From Bacteroidales bacterium (lineage in GTDB: Bacteria > Bacteroidota > Bacteroidia > Bacteroidales > UBA932), in contig JAVBOD010000006.1 of the NCBI GenBank assembly GCA_031551045.1, positions 652-64,651 on the forward strand: 64,000 nucleotides of DNA, in the 5' to 3' direction. Under the pieces are notes generated by a model. The model ran no database searches. It saw only the letters and a list, made by a program, of their open reading frames with translations, and had not been told where the DNA came from. A program made the translations under genes and the position numbers. Positions 20,047-29,181 of this stretch are shown here, one piece after another. Each line of letters starts with the position of its first letter. Within the stretch, counting starts at the first letter, position 1.

Positions 20047-21657
20047 TTAGTTATACAAATAACGTTTGATTTTTTGCGTAGGAGTCTTCTCAAATGAACG
20101 CGGTTGTTCTACTACTAATGTAATTCGTGAGAACTTATTGACACGGGTATTGACATAAATATAGAGCTCTTGTTTCAGCATTTCTATTTTCTCGTTCATA
20201 GATTCATACGTTTCCGCTTTCCATTGTTCGAGCTTTTCGTAATTGAAATGTACCAATGCTACTAATTTCCCTTTATTTTCTTGCACTAACGATTCTTGTA
20301 CCATGGCATGGCCGTTGATTACCGATTCGATTTCTTCGGGATAAATATTTTCGCCGCTTGGGCCTAATATCATATTATTCAGGCGGCCTTTGATATATAC
20401 GCGGTTATGCTTGTCGAGCACGCCAAGATCTTTGGTGCGGAACCATCCGTCGGGTGTGAATACTTCTTGCGTGGCCTCCGGATTCTTGTAATATCCCATC
20501 ATCACGTTATCGCCTTTGACCACGATTTCTCCTTCGCCCGTCGCCGCATTCGGGTGGTCGATGCGCAAATCCACTCCGGTAATAGCCGGCCCCGCCGATT
20601 GCCATTTTGTTTTCCAAGGCACCGCAGCAGTTAGTAACGGCGCGGTTTCCGTGAGTCCGTAGCCGATAGCGTATGGAAATTTTGCTTCCATCAGAAATTG
20701 TTCTATCACAGGATCTGTTTTGGCGCCTCCTATACCGAAAAAGTGCAAACGTCCGCCGAATGTTTTGTAAAGTTTCCGACCGGCTATACGGTGCAATACT
20801 TTCCGGAAAGCGGGGATAGCATATATCCGGCGCATGAAAGCCGACGCCGTAAATTTCGGCAGAATACTATTACGGAAAACCTTTTCCATAATCAACGGCA
20901 CGGAGAGCATCATCGTAGGGCGCACTTCTTTTAAGGCCGGCAATAGTACGTTGGGGGTCGGTAACTTATCCAAGTAAACGACTTCGGCGCCGGTCATGAA
21001 CGGTAGCAACATGCCCAACGAGCATTCATAAGTATGCGGAAGCGGCAGGATGGATAAAAGCACATCGCTCTCATCCATTTTTTGAATGTCGAATACCATG
21101 TTTAGCTGGCGGCAGAGATTGCGGTGGCTCAACATCACTCCCTTCGGCGTACCGGTAGTGCCCGATGTATAAATTATAACCGCCAGGTCGTTTGTTTCGA
21201 CGTTGGCCGGAGTCGCCTTTTGATTTTCCGGCGCAGCATACAGCACCGAGAAATCGTCTATACATACAATCAACTTGAATTGTTGCTTGATAGTGTCGGT
21301 GAGTTTTGGCAGCAATTTTTTCGATACAAAAATGGCTTTCGCTTCGGAGTGTTGTAAAATGATTTCTATCTCGCACTCCGAAAAGTCTGTCAGCAAGGGT
21401 ACAGCCACGCGCCCGGTAGTAGTAACCGCAAAGTAAACGACCGCCCAATGAGGTAAGTTTTGGCTCAGGATGGCAACTTTATCGCCTTTTTCCAAACCGG
21501 ACAAACTCATAATAGATGTTAGTTTCTCTACTTTTCTGGCAAACGCCCCATAGCTCATTCCTTCGCCTTTAAAGGTGGAGGACACTTGCTTGTTTGCATA
21601 GTGATGAACGCTATACTCGTATAATTCGCACAGCGTCGTATAATTGTATTTATTCAT
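20047..21657 (-). CDS. AMP-dependent synthetase / long-chain-fatty-acid--CoA ligase
   Basis: AMP-binding motif IIYTSGTTGTPKGVMLSHRN and conserved GYGLTE. The ATG at 21657 is preferred over the GTG at 21672. Confidence 0.85.
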   Translation of the reverse strand: MNKYNYTTLCELYEYSVHHYANKQVSSTFKGEGMSYGAFARKVEKLTSIMSLSGLEKGDKVAILSQNLPHWAVVYFAVTTTGRVAVPLLTDFSECEIEIILQHSEAKAIFVSKKLLPKLTDTIKQQFKLIVCIDDFSVLYAAPENQKATPANVETNDLAVIIYTSGTTGTPKGVMLSHRNLCRQLNMVFDIQKMDESDVLLSILPLPHTYECSLGMLLPFMTGAEVVYLDKLPTPNVLLPALKEVRPTMMLSVPLIMEKVFRNSILPKFTASAFMRRIYAIPAFRKVLHRIAGRKLYKTFGGRLHFFGIGGAKTDPVIEQFLMEAKFPYAIGYGLTETAPLLTAAVPWKTKWQSAGPAITGVDLRIDHPNAATGEGEIVVKGDNVMMGYYKNPEATQEVFTPDGWFRTKDLGVLDKHNRVYIKGRLNNMILGPSGENIYPEEIESVINGHAMVQESLVQENKGKLVALVHFNYEKLEQWKAETYESMNEKIEMLKQELYIYVNTRVNKFSRITLVVEQPRSFEKTPTQKIKRYLYN

Positions 21658-21820
21658 TCGTTTTAAAATCACACAAAGGTAAGTATATATTTTACAGTGT
21701 CGCTTTACACGGTGTTAATTTATATACCGCCCTTTCCATTTTAGACATTTAATGCTTAAAAAAGATTAATCAGCAGTGCTATATGCGGAAAAATGAGTAA
21801 ATTGCGAAAAATTTTATAGA

Positions 21821-22066
21821 ATGGAATGTCGAGAAGGTTGTGCCGCTTGTTGTATTGTACTATCAATATCTTCGCCGATTCCCGGAATGCCCGATGGGAA
21901 ACCGAGAGGCGTTCCCTGCATTCATCTTACAGGCGATTTGAAATGCGATTTATGGGGAAGCCCCGACCGACCGCGAGTATGCAATAACTATATGCCCGAA
22001 GAACTTTTCTGTGGTGAAAACCGCGAACAAGCTTTTCATATTTTAGAAAGTCTGTACGACAATTAG
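21821..22066 (+). CDS. YkgJ-family cysteine-cluster protein
   Basis: 81 aa. Pattern CREGCAACC...C(x)HL...CDLW...RPRVC is typical of UPF0153/YkgJ. Confidence 0.6.
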   Translation: MECREGCAACCIVLSISSPIPGMPDGKPRGVPCIHLTGDLKCDLWGSPDRPRVCNNYMPEELFCGENREQAFHILESLYDN

Positions 22067-22090
22067 CGCTTGTTTAAAAACGATTTGAAT

Positions 22091-23473
22091 TCATTTCTTT
22101 CGTTTTTTGGTACGTTGCGCCGAAGCATATACTCCTAATACGCATAAGGCCGCAAAAATGATGAAAGTAATGTGAAGGCTTTCCAAAAAAGCGGGATAGT
22201 TGCCGGGTTGGATTTTCTGCTCGCCTAATTTAAGTGCAAGGGCCATCCCTGCAATTCCCATACTGAATGCTTGCCCTGCAAGCCGCATGGTTCCTGTGGT
22301 TGCCGAGGCTTGCCCGTAATACTTTTTATCCACCGAACTCATAATAACATTGGTGTTGGGAGAAGAGAAGATGCCGAAACCGATACCCAGCACTACCAAT
22401 AAAATAATAATAAAAGCAACAGGCGTAGTAGCGGTTATAAATGCCATCCCTATCAAGCCAACTGTAATAATAACCATGCCTAATGTGGCTAAACGCGAAG
22501 GCGGTATTTTGTCGGATAACCGGCCGGCAAATACGGAAAACACAGCCTGAATACAAGCTTGTGAAATCAAAATAAACCCTGCATGACGGGCATCGTATCC
22601 TCGAACATATTGTAAATACAAGCTCAGCATAAAAGCTATAGCCGAGGTCGCGGCGTAATTTATGAGAGCTGAGAGCGAGGAAAACGCAAATACACGGTTT
22701 CCGCTGAAAATTTTTATATCGAGTATCGGGGCGCTGCAGCGCTGTTCGTATAGTATGAATCCTATGAGCCCCAGCATACCGATAGCCAGCCAACAGAAGC
22801 CTTTTATTTGAGGTAAATTACTAAATCCGTATATCAATCCGAAAAGCCCCACGCCATATACGACACTTCCCACAAAGTCGAATTTTTCCCCTTTTGCTTC
22901 AATCCACTCAGCCTTCATGATGATGCGAGACAATATAACCACCACCAAGCCAACAGTTCCACATACGAAAAACAAACTTTGCCAACCGAAATAATGTGTC
23001 AGTAATCCGCCGAGAAATGGGCCGGCAGCTAAGGATGTATATACGGTTGCTACGTTTATCCCCATGGCTCTTCCGCGTTGTTGCGGAGGAAAAACGGACG
23101 TGAGGATGGCCATGCTGGTACCGAACATCATGGCGCTGCCCAGGCCGGCCATAAAACGCAATCCGATAAGAATATCGCCCGTAGGAGCGAAACCGCATAA
23201 TATAGTGCACACAGAAAAACATAGAACGCCCCATTCAAACACTTTTCTACGTCCCAATAAGTCGGCTACACGGGCAAAAGGGACTTGGAAAATGGCTGTG
23301 GATATAAGGTAAATCGTATTCATCCATGCTAAAGTAACAGCATTCATCGAAAAAGCTGCTTCAATTTTGGGTAATGCGAGATTAATGGACGAGCCCATAA
23401 AAGGGACTAAAAAGGAAGCTATACAAAGTACCAATAGTATTTTTTGAGGATGAATCTGAGAATTGTTGTCCAT
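22091..23473 (-). CDS. MFS transporter, DHA2/EmrB-like (14-TMS type)
   Basis: 460 aa and highly hydrophobic. MFS motif RVADLLGRRKVF after TM2. The ATG at 23473 is preferred over the TTG at 23500. Confidence 0.85.
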   Translation of the reverse strand: MDNNSQIHPQKILLVLCIASFLVPFMGSSINLALPKIEAAFSMNAVTLAWMNTIYLISTAIFQVPFARVADLLGRRKVFEWGVLCFSVCTILCGFAPTGDILIGLRFMAGLGSAMMFGTSMAILTSVFPPQQRGRAMGINVATVYTSLAAGPFLGGLLTHYFGWQSLFFVCGTVGLVVVILSRIIMKAEWIEAKGEKFDFVGSVVYGVGLFGLIYGFSNLPQIKGFCWLAIGMLGLIGFILYEQRCSAPILDIKIFSGNRVFAFSSLSALINYAATSAIAFMLSLYLQYVRGYDARHAGFILISQACIQAVFSVFAGRLSDKIPPSRLATLGMVIITVGLIGMAFITATTPVAFIIILLVVLGIGFGIFSSPNTNVIMSSVDKKYYGQASATTGTMRLAGQAFSMGIAGMALALKLGEQKIQPGNYPAFLESLHITFIIFAALCVLGVYASAQRTKKRKK

Positions 23474-23665
23474 GTTGATGATTGTTACAAAAGCGTACAA
23501 AGATATAATTTTTTAGTTCATAGAATTATTAATGAAGGAAGGGATAGAGGATGCGCGTTTATTTTTTTCTGTTAAGAGCATGTTTGGCCATTTAAAGTGG
23601 TATGAAATTTGTTTGACTTTCCAAAATATAATAATTATATATTTCAATTTTAAATCCAACGTATT

Positions 23666-24115
23666 ATGAAAAAGACTGTATTGTGTGTTCTCGGAGCTAT
23701 GGCATTAATGCTGAGTTCTTGTGTTAAGAATGACGCCGCTTTGGTGAAAGAAACGGCTGAAAAGTTTTTGACGGCTATTGTTGCCGGTGATTTGACTACC
23801 GCTAAAACATTGGTAACTCCGGCTACCTCTGAAAAATGGGGAGAAACGGCTGAATTTTTAGAAATGGTAATGTTGCCTGAAATAAAAGCTGCTATCCAAT
23901 CGGCTGCCACTAAAGTAACCGATGTGAAAGTAGAAGGAGAAACGGCACAGGCCACTGTAGCTGTAGCCATTCCTTCGGTAGTAGGAGAAATTAGCATATT
24001 GCATTTTCTGAAACAGGGAGACCAATGGCTCGTGAATGAACCCGGTGTTCTTGTAGTGAATGTTATTGAAAGAAATGTTGTTGTGATGGATGCCGATAGC
24101 ACTGTTACGAAATAA
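23666..24115 (+). CDS. small lipoprotein of unknown function (DUF4878-like)
   Basis: 149 aa with lipobox LSSC. The antisense ORF 23650-24102 is judged to be a shadow. Confidence 0.55.
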   Translation: MKKTVLCVLGAMALMLSSCVKNDAALVKETAEKFLTAIVAGDLTTAKTLVTPATSEKWGETAEFLEMVMLPEIKAAIQSAATKVTDVKVEGETAQATVAVAIPSVVGEISILHFLKQGDQWLVNEPGVLVVNVIERNVVVMDADSTVTK

Positions 24116-24128
24116 AGTGTGTGTTTAA

Positions 24129-24180
24129 ATTCATAAAAGAAGCCATTGAGATAAAAAACTCAATGGCTTCTTTTATGAAT
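24129..24180. terminator. bidirectional intrinsic terminator hairpin
   Basis: Perfect 22-nt arms ATTCATAAAAGAAGCCATTGAG / CTCAATGGCTTCTTTTATGAAT around an 8-nt loop. Lies between the convergent genes ending at 24115 (+) and 24217 (-). Confidence 0.7.
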
Positions 24181-24216
24181 TCGAAAAAGTGTGGAAAAAT
24201 GAGGAAATAAATGATT

Positions 24217-24957
24217 TTAATCGTAGATTCCACAGCAAAGCAAATAGTTTTCTCCTTGTTGAAGGACTTGTCCGGGAGATATTTTTGACAAAAGTTTTGC
24301 ACCATCACCGGCATGAGCATATTGAATCAGGCAACAGGTGCCTTTCTCCGATAAGCCTTGCCAAACTTCATATTCTTTTAGTGGCTCCAGCAGCGACGAT
24401 AGTTCCGGACTTATCGCAAAAGCGCCGAGCGGGCCCCGTGCATATTTTAAATTACCGGAATAAGGTGTTTTCAAAAAATGCAGTTGTTCCGGGATCGTTA
24501 ACTTTTCCTCATTTTGTATATTCATACACTGTTGAAGCAATTTTTCCGCACCTTTTCGGGCAGCACTTGTTCCCGAAGGAAAGACAATAGAAATATAATT
24601 ATTTCCAACCGCCGCCTGTAGTTGATATTTCGAGAGGCAATCGAAGGCGCCTAACGAATCGGTACGAAGGCACTTGAAAGTGTGTATGGAATAAATACCG
24701 AATGCATCGGTAGGAGAGGGCATCCGGTAGATTTCAATCGTGTATTCCTCGTTGTTATATACCGCATCGACAACTTTTAATTCCTGAAAACCATATTCCA
24801 GAAATAATTCGGAACCGCCGTTCATAAAACCGTATAAGGCCGCACCGGTGAATGTCCGCTCGCGGTTGACTTGCACATCGCTTGTGAAAAGCTGCGCGGT
24901 TGCCGGATATACGAGAAAGAGCCCGAGCAATAATATGATGAATGATTTGGTTTGCAC
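24217..24957 (-). CDS. secreted protein of unknown function
   Basis: 246 aa with a clear signal peptide (FIILLLGLFLVYPATAQ). It is reached only from a GTG start; there is no in-frame ATG before residue 45. Lies 40 nt downstream of the DUF362 gene. Confidence 0.6.
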   Translation of the reverse strand: MQTKSFIILLLGLFLVYPATAQLFTSDVQVNRERTFTGAALYGFMNGGSELFLEYGFQELKVVDAVYNNEEYTIEIYRMPSPTDAFGIYSIHTFKCLRTDSLGAFDCLSKYQLQAAVGNNYISIVFPSGTSAARKGAEKLLQQCMNIQNEEKLTIPEQLHFLKTPYSGNLKYARGPLGAFAISPELSSLLEPLKEYEVWQGLSEKGTCCLIQYAHAGDGAKLLSKISPGQVLQQGENYLLCCGIYD

Positions 24958-24997
24958 GTGGTGTTTACGCTAAATTTATAGTTCTTGTGAAATTCTT

Positions 24998-26146
24998 TTA
25001 CACTTCCAACAACTCAATCTTGCTCCTGTCGGACACACCCAAGCCGAGTTCCTGAGCCATGTCTATAAAACGGCTTGCGCTGGGTTTGTCGGTAGTTTGT
25101 TTTCCTTCTTCGATGCGTTTGCCAACCACTATTTCGTGCCCGATTCTATCTACGGCCACCGGGTCGGTGCCTACCAACATGGTGTTGTATTGGCAGATGA
25201 ATTGTGCGTTAGCTGCCGGGCCGCCATCAAAACAACCGATAAAACCGTCCACAATGTTGAGCACCACCTTGTCGCGCAAGGGCGGAAAAGCACACGCATA
25301 CGCGCAGGTCTCGTGCCACAGCGCCTGATGCAAGCGCCCCGTATTACTCAAGGCGCCGAATGCCAGATTTTTCAGGCACAACGTAACGGTCGCTCCGGCA
25401 TTTTTCAGAATCGGGACATTAATAATTTTGGTCACTTGCTGCGTACACACGTTGCCGAAATAAGAATATTTTCCGCCATTCACCATAAACGGCATGGTAT
25501 AGGCATCGTATTCGCCTTCCACGTCGGCATAAAAATAATGGCCTTTGTCGATGCGTTTTTCGCTGTACAGTTTTCCATCGCTATCGAAATAACCGCCGTT
25601 CGCATCTTCGCATTCGGTGCCGGTAATCGTAATGCCCGGATAGTTTTCGGCCGTGTAACCGGTTTCGTGCAATTGCATTTCGCGGCGGTCCCAAATCACG
25701 ATATTTTTACGGGGAATGCCCGCTTCTTCCAATTGTTTAATAATCGATTGCGTAACAGCATGCGAAGTCGTCAATAGCTTTCCGGCCACCGGATTTACTT
25801 TCAGCCCAATCACATCGTCCGGCCCGACAAATTGGAGCCAGGCCTGTGCCAGTGTAGCCGCGCCGGTGAGTTTCAGCATGCATGATTGTAGCATGTCGTA
25901 AGCGGCCTGTTCCGAAGGCTTGCCATCTATTACGCAATGCTCGTTATATGCTTTCACCACTTTCCCCGGATATTTCCCCGGCATGGAATCCTTGGTACGC
26001 GGAATAGCCATAGCATCGGCAATATTTGTAGTCGGTTTATCGTCGGCAGCAACCAAGCCGGCCGATTTGGCGGCACCCACAACAGGAGCCAGCGCTACTC
26101 CCAGGCTGCCGGTAGTAAGCACTTTGAAAAATTTTCTTCTGAACAT
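24998..26146 (-). CDS. DUF362-domain protein with twin-arginine (Tat) signal
   Basis: 382 aa. N-terminal MFRRKFFKVLTTGSLGVALAPVVGAAKSA fits the RRxFxK Tat consensus. The body resembles DUF362 (assignment from memory). Confidence 0.7.
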   Translation of the reverse strand: MFRRKFFKVLTTGSLGVALAPVVGAAKSAGLVAADDKPTTNIADAMAIPRTKDSMPGKYPGKVVKAYNEHCVIDGKPSEQAAYDMLQSCMLKLTGAATLAQAWLQFVGPDDVIGLKVNPVAGKLLTTSHAVTQSIIKQLEEAGIPRKNIVIWDRREMQLHETGYTAENYPGITITGTECEDANGGYFDSDGKLYSEKRIDKGHYFYADVEGEYDAYTMPFMVNGGKYSYFGNVCTQQVTKIINVPILKNAGATVTLCLKNLAFGALSNTGRLHQALWHETCAYACAFPPLRDKVVLNIVDGFIGCFDGGPAANAQFICQYNTMLVGTDPVAVDRIGHEIVVGKRIEEGKQTTDKPSASRFIDMAQELGLGVSDRSKIELLEV

Positions 26147-26300
26147 GGCAAATAAATTTAAGGTGAAAGATTTATATCGTACAAATATAGTTAAAAAATT
26201 AAGGATTGTTTAAATTTCTATAAAAATGATTTAGAGGGCGCGGATTCAAAGAAAACATAAACAACTTTTATATCTGATAATTGAATTTTCTGTTTCTGAA

Positions 26301-26333
26301 AGATTTGACAAATTTTTAAAAATTTGTCAAATC
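26301..26333. repeat. AT-rich perfect palindrome (family A)
   Basis: AGATTTGACAAATTTTTAAAAATTTGTCAAATCT. A near-identical copy lies at 19-51. Confidence 0.85.
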
Positions 26334-26448
26334 TAAGTAAATCAAAGTTAACACCAGCAGAGGTTGATTTTGCTTGTGAAGTTTAAGAAGAAACGCGATA
26401 ATTCCCCGTCGTTGTAAAGCCGCTATACGATGAATTACGCACAAATCC

Positions 26449-26479
26449 TTTGAAAAAAGAATATTTTTTGTTATTTTTG
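26449..26479 (+). promoter_or_regulatory. candidate Bacteroidota sigma-A promoter for cbpA-cbpM
   Basis: -33 TTTG (26449-26452) and -7 TATTTTTG (26472-26479, fits TAnnTTTG) with 19-nt spacing. Lies ~26 nt upstream of the ATG at 26505. Confidence 0.4.
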
Positions 26480-26504
26480 CAGTTAGCAGATAAGAAAGGA
26501 ACAT

Positions 26505-27434
26505 ATGGCGTTTATTGATTATTATAGTATTTTAGGCCTTGATCGCAATGCTTCGGACGCGGACATTAAAAAGGCCTACCGGAAATTGGCACGCAAATAT
26601 CACCCCGATGTGAACCAGCATAATCCGGAAGCACAAGCCAAATTTCAACAGATAAATGAAGCGAACGAAGTATTGAGTGATCCCGAAAAACGCAAGAAGT
26701 ACGATGCGTATGGCGAAAATTGGAAACATGGCGAAGAGTACGAAAAAGCGCGGCAATATCAATCGCAGCACGGTGGATTTGCCGATTTCTCTAACTTCGG
26801 TGGCGCCGGTGATGGAAATTACCGGTATGAATTTTCGGGCAGCGATTTCGGAAGTGGCTTTTCCGATTTTTTCGAAAATCTTTTCGGAAGCGGCGTACAT
26901 TCCGAAGGGCGGAGGCGCACTGCCGGTTATAAAGGCAGCGACTATCAGGCCGAGTTGCATATGGGTTTGCGCGATGCGGCAACAACACAGAAACAAACCC
27001 TGAATGTAAACGGGAAAAATATCCGCATCACAGTGCCGGCCGGTATTGCCGACGGGCAGGTGATTAAATTGTCCGGACACGGCGCTCCCGGCATGAACGG
27101 CGGCCCCAACGGCGATTTGTATATTACGTTCATCATCGGGAAAGACCCGCATTTCGAGCGGCGAGGCGATGATTTATACACAACGGTTCCCTTGAATTTA
27201 TACACGGCGGTGCTGGGTGGCGAAATAACGGTGGACACGCTGGACGGAAAAGTGAAGCTAAACGTGCAACCGGAAACACAAAACGGCGCGAAAATTCGCC
27301 TGAAAGGAAAAGGTTTTCCGGTGTATAAAAAAGACGGGCAATCCGGCGATTTGTTAGTAACCTATACCATCGATATTCCTAAAAATCTCACGGAAAAACA
27401 AAAAGAATTATTCCGGCAATTGGCAAACTCTTAA
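26505..27434 (+). CDS. cbpA: J-domain co-chaperone, curved-DNA-binding protein CbpA type
   Basis: J domain with HPD ([13 protein letters not shown]), a G/F-rich linker, no CxxCxGxG zinc-finger region, and DnaJ C-terminal domains. Confidence 0.85.
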   Translation: MAFIDYYSILGLDRNASDADIKKAYRKLARKYHPDVNQHNPEAQAKFQQINEANEVLSDPEKRKKYDAYGENWKHGEEYEKARQYQSQHGGFADFSNFGGAGDGNYRYEFSGSDFGSGFSDFFENLFGSGVHSEGRRRTAGYKGSDYQAELHMGLRDAATTQKQTLNVNGKNIRITVPAGIADGQVIKLSGHGAPGMNGGPNGDLYITFIIGKDPHFERRGDDLYTTVPLNLYTAVLGGEITVDTLDGKVKLNVQPETQNGAKIRLKGKGFPVYKKDGQSGDLLVTYTIDIPKNLTEKQKELFRQLANS

Positions 27435-27763
27435 TGCTGACAATTATGGAAAGAGAATTAATATTACTTAGCGAATACTGCGAAAACAGCCGCATAGAAC
27501 TCGATTTTTTAGTACGTCTGGAAGAAGAAGGGCTGATTGAAATAGAAGTACACGACCAAACGAAATATCTGCCACTGTCGCAACTCAGCGAACTGGAATT
27601 ATTTGCCCGCCTGCATTATGACCTTTCCGTGAATATCGAGGGAATTGATATTATCCGTAATCTTCTGGCACGAATTCGCACCATGGAGCAGGAGTTGGGT
27701 AAACTACAACGGCAAATAGGTATGGATTATCTTTTCGAACAAAAGTCCCCGGAATTTATGTAA
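27434..27763 (+). CDS. cbpM: chaperone-modulatory protein CbpM (MerR-like)
   Basis: 109 aa. Its start overlaps the cbpA stop (TAATG). Size and position are typical of CbpM. Confidence 0.7.
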   Translation: MLTIMERELILLSEYCENSRIELDFLVRLEEEGLIEIEVHDQTKYLPLSQLSELELFARLHYDLSVNIEGIDIIRNLLARIRTMEQELGKLQRQIGMDYLFEQKSPEFM

Positions 27764-27800
27764 GAAATTGTTTAAATTTGTCAATAGCGTTTGTTATGGA

Positions 27801-27938
27801 AGGCTGTTCAGAAAATCAAAAACACATTAAACGCAAAGGCGCTAAGAGTTTATACAAAGAGCCAAAAGTTTGAATGGGATGATTTTAAACTTCGCGGGCT
27901 TTGTGCTCTTCGCGGTTAAAATGCTTTTGGAACAGCCT
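27801..27938. repeat. ~138-bp intergenic repeat (family D) with inverted ends
   Basis: Ends are AGGCTGTTC (27801-27809) and GAACAGCCT (27930-27938). Internal motifs are ACGCAAAGGCGCTAAGAG and CTTCGCGGGCTTTGTGCTCTTCGCGGTTAAAA. An inverted remnant is at 49721-49755, and the left end is shared with 17131. Confidence 0.7.
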
Positions 27939-28092
27939 CGTGTTATTTCGTATTTTTAGTGGTTAACATGGCTTTGGGGGCAGCCTCATGATAGCTGTGA
28001 AAGAGAACGCGACCATCACCGGAATTTGCATATATTGGTTTGAAAATGTAAATTTGTAGTAAAATAATTAATCTCCTGAAACCGTTACAATA

Positions 28093-29172
28093 ATGGATAA
28101 CTTGAAACAAATAGCCGCCACCTTTGTATTAGAAGGCACCGTTACCGGTGTAGATCAGCTTGGCGAAGGATTTATTAACGACACGTTTGTCGTAAAAACA
28201 GATACGGGAAACCAGTATATATTACAGCGAAAGAATAAGAATATTTTTAAAAATATTCCGGCTATGATGGATAATATCCAAAAAGTGACGGCTCATATCA
28301 AGAAAAAATTAGTGAAAGACGGAAAAGATCCCATGCGGGAAGCGCTCACAGTGGTTCCCGCTAAGGACGGCAAATGGTATCATATAGATGCGCAAGGCGA
28401 TTATTGGGCTGTTTGCGTGTTGATTCCCGGATCGGTAACTTATCAAGCGGCTACAACGCCCGGGCTGGCTTATGCCGGCGGAAAAGGGATAGGGCTTTTT
28501 CAAAACCAATTATCGGATTTCAAAGAACCGTTGACTGATATTTTACCGGGATTTCATAACATCCGCTTCCGCTTCGAGCAATGGGACGTCTCGTTGGCGG
28601 CTGATAAGGCAGGGCGTAAAAAGAACTTGGCGGAAGAAATTTCGTGGGTGGAAAGCCGCCGCAAAGAAATGCTGGATTTCTGGAAATTAGTGGAAACAGG
28701 CGTGATCCCGACCCGCGTAACGCATAACGATACGAAAATTTCGAATATTCTGTTCGACGAAAAAGGCGAAGTATTGTGTGTGATTGATTTAGATACGGTG
28801 TTGAGCAGCACCGTGCTGAACGACTATGGCGATGCTATGCGCTCCTACACGAACACCGGAAAAGAAGACGATGAGAATTTGGACAACGTGTCGATGAGCT
28901 TGCCTATTTTCGAGGCCTACACCAACGGCTATCTCTCGGAAGCCAAAAAATTCCTGAGCGATTCGGAAAAAGAATACCTTGCTTTTTCGGCGAAATATAT
29001 CACTTATGAACAAGTATTGCGTTTTCTGATGGATTACATCGACGGCGATACATACTACAAAATCAAATCACCCGAACATAATTTGCAACGAACCCGTGCC
29101 CAATACAAGCTTTTGCAAAGCATGGAAGCGCAATACGACAAGATGAAAGAAATTGTGCGAAAAGCAATGTAG
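28093..29172 (+). CDS. aminoglycoside-phosphotransferase-fold kinase (N-acetylhexosamine-1-kinase-like)
   Basis: 359 aa with catalytic loop HNDTKISNILFD and metal-binding IDLDTV. Confidence 0.75.
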   Translation: MDNLKQIAATFVLEGTVTGVDQLGEGFINDTFVVKTDTGNQYILQRKNKNIFKNIPAMMDNIQKVTAHIKKKLVKDGKDPMREALTVVPAKDGKWYHIDAQGDYWAVCVLIPGSVTYQAATTPGLAYAGGKGIGLFQNQLSDFKEPLTDILPGFHNIRFRFEQWDVSLAADKAGRKKNLAEEISWVESRRKEMLDFWKLVETGVIPTRVTHNDTKISNILFDEKGEVLCVIDLDTVLSSTVLNDYGDAMRSYTNTGKEDDENLDNVSMSLPIFEAYTNGYLSEAKKFLSDSEKEYLAFSAKYITYEQVLRFLMDYIDGDTYYKIKSPEHNLQRTRAQYKLLQSMEAQYDKMKEIVRKAM

Positions 29173-29181
29173 AATGACGGC

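Noticed and set aside
25097-25777. 226-aa plus-strand ORF inside the DUF362 gene. Similar cases are 26532-27152 inside cbpA, 16038-16625 inside the permease fusion, 10483-11046 inside susD, 42101-42718 inside trkH and 47807-48175 inside RSH2.
   Set aside because: All are antisense to genes with clear family signatures, and none shows a recognisable motif or signal. They are treated as shadow ORFs.
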